Virus record (IMG/VR): IMGVR_UViG_3300041411_000080
Span: 248,001 to 312,000 of that record
Strand: one strand, 5' to 3'
Length of the DNA: 64,000 nt
Program-made: the position numbers and the translations under genes
Shown: piece after piece, positions 63,817 through 64,000 of the stretch
How the letters are laid out: every line of letters starts with the position of its first letter
Numbering within the stretch: position 1 is the first letter of the stretch
Notes under the pieces: generated by a model
Told to the model about the DNA's origin: nothing
Databases searched by the model: none
The model's input: only the letters and a program-made list of their open reading frames with translations

Positions 63817-64000
63817 TGTCAGCCCTAAACCTTATCAAACGCTATACCGCCAAAGCTGCGGGTATCATTGTAGACCGTCACGCTCCAGCACCAACTGGGA
63901 AGCTCACAGAGGACCCACAAGGCGAATGGATGAAGTGGAACGACCTCGCTATCCTTTACAACAAAGGCATCCTGATCGAGAAGACAGAGGCCTTGGATGA
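63816..64000 (+). CDS. hypothetical protein, partial (MSALNLIKRY...EDPQGEWMKW...)
   Basis: TAATG coupling; open to window edge. Confidence 0.65.
   Translation, partial: MSALNLIKRYTAKAAGIIVDRHAPAPTGKLTEDPQGEWMKWNDLAILYNKGILIEKTEALD

Noticed and set aside
1-64000. CRISPR array or mobile element
   Set aside because: Recurring CCCTACC-TTCG-GGTAGGG hairpins are dispersed at gene ends as terminators, not regularly spaced; no integrase, transposase or homing endonuclease recognised.

Overview
A 64-kb segment of a nucleus-forming (phiKZ-like, Chimalliviridae) jumbo phage, most similar in gene content and order to Pseudomonas phiKZ/201phi2-1/phiPA3-type phages. This placement comes from motif recognition and recalled synteny, not a database search. 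Core genes: polymerase half of the split family-B DNA polymerase, PhuZ tubulin, tail sheath and tube, putative baseplate/virion genes, terminase large subunit, DHFR, a probable ChmB, class Ia ribonucleotide reductase (nrdA and nrdB separated by an opposite-strand early-gene insert), protease-processed head proteins, three related tail-fibre-like proteins and three tRNAs (Tyr, Asn, Trp). Between these lie minus-strand operons of small accessory genes behind fixed-spacing early promoters (ATTAGAA-N13-TATATTAC). Most notable unexplained signals: (1) accessory proteins carrying short degenerate copies of conserved motifs of essential phage proteins (terminase and sheath matches verifiable in-window; helicase, RNAP and recombinase matches from memory), a candidate immune-decoy system; (2) a ~115-nt non-coding unit behind nrdB whose promoter-like element recurs before the tRNA cluster and which is complementary to the nrdB and nrdA translation-initiation regions; (3) a circularly permuted tRNA mimic with bacterial Y-RNA (YrlA) topology, plus further structured RNAs, in the tRNA cluster; (4) unrelated small early proteins sharing an N-terminal R(I/V)SKGK tag.
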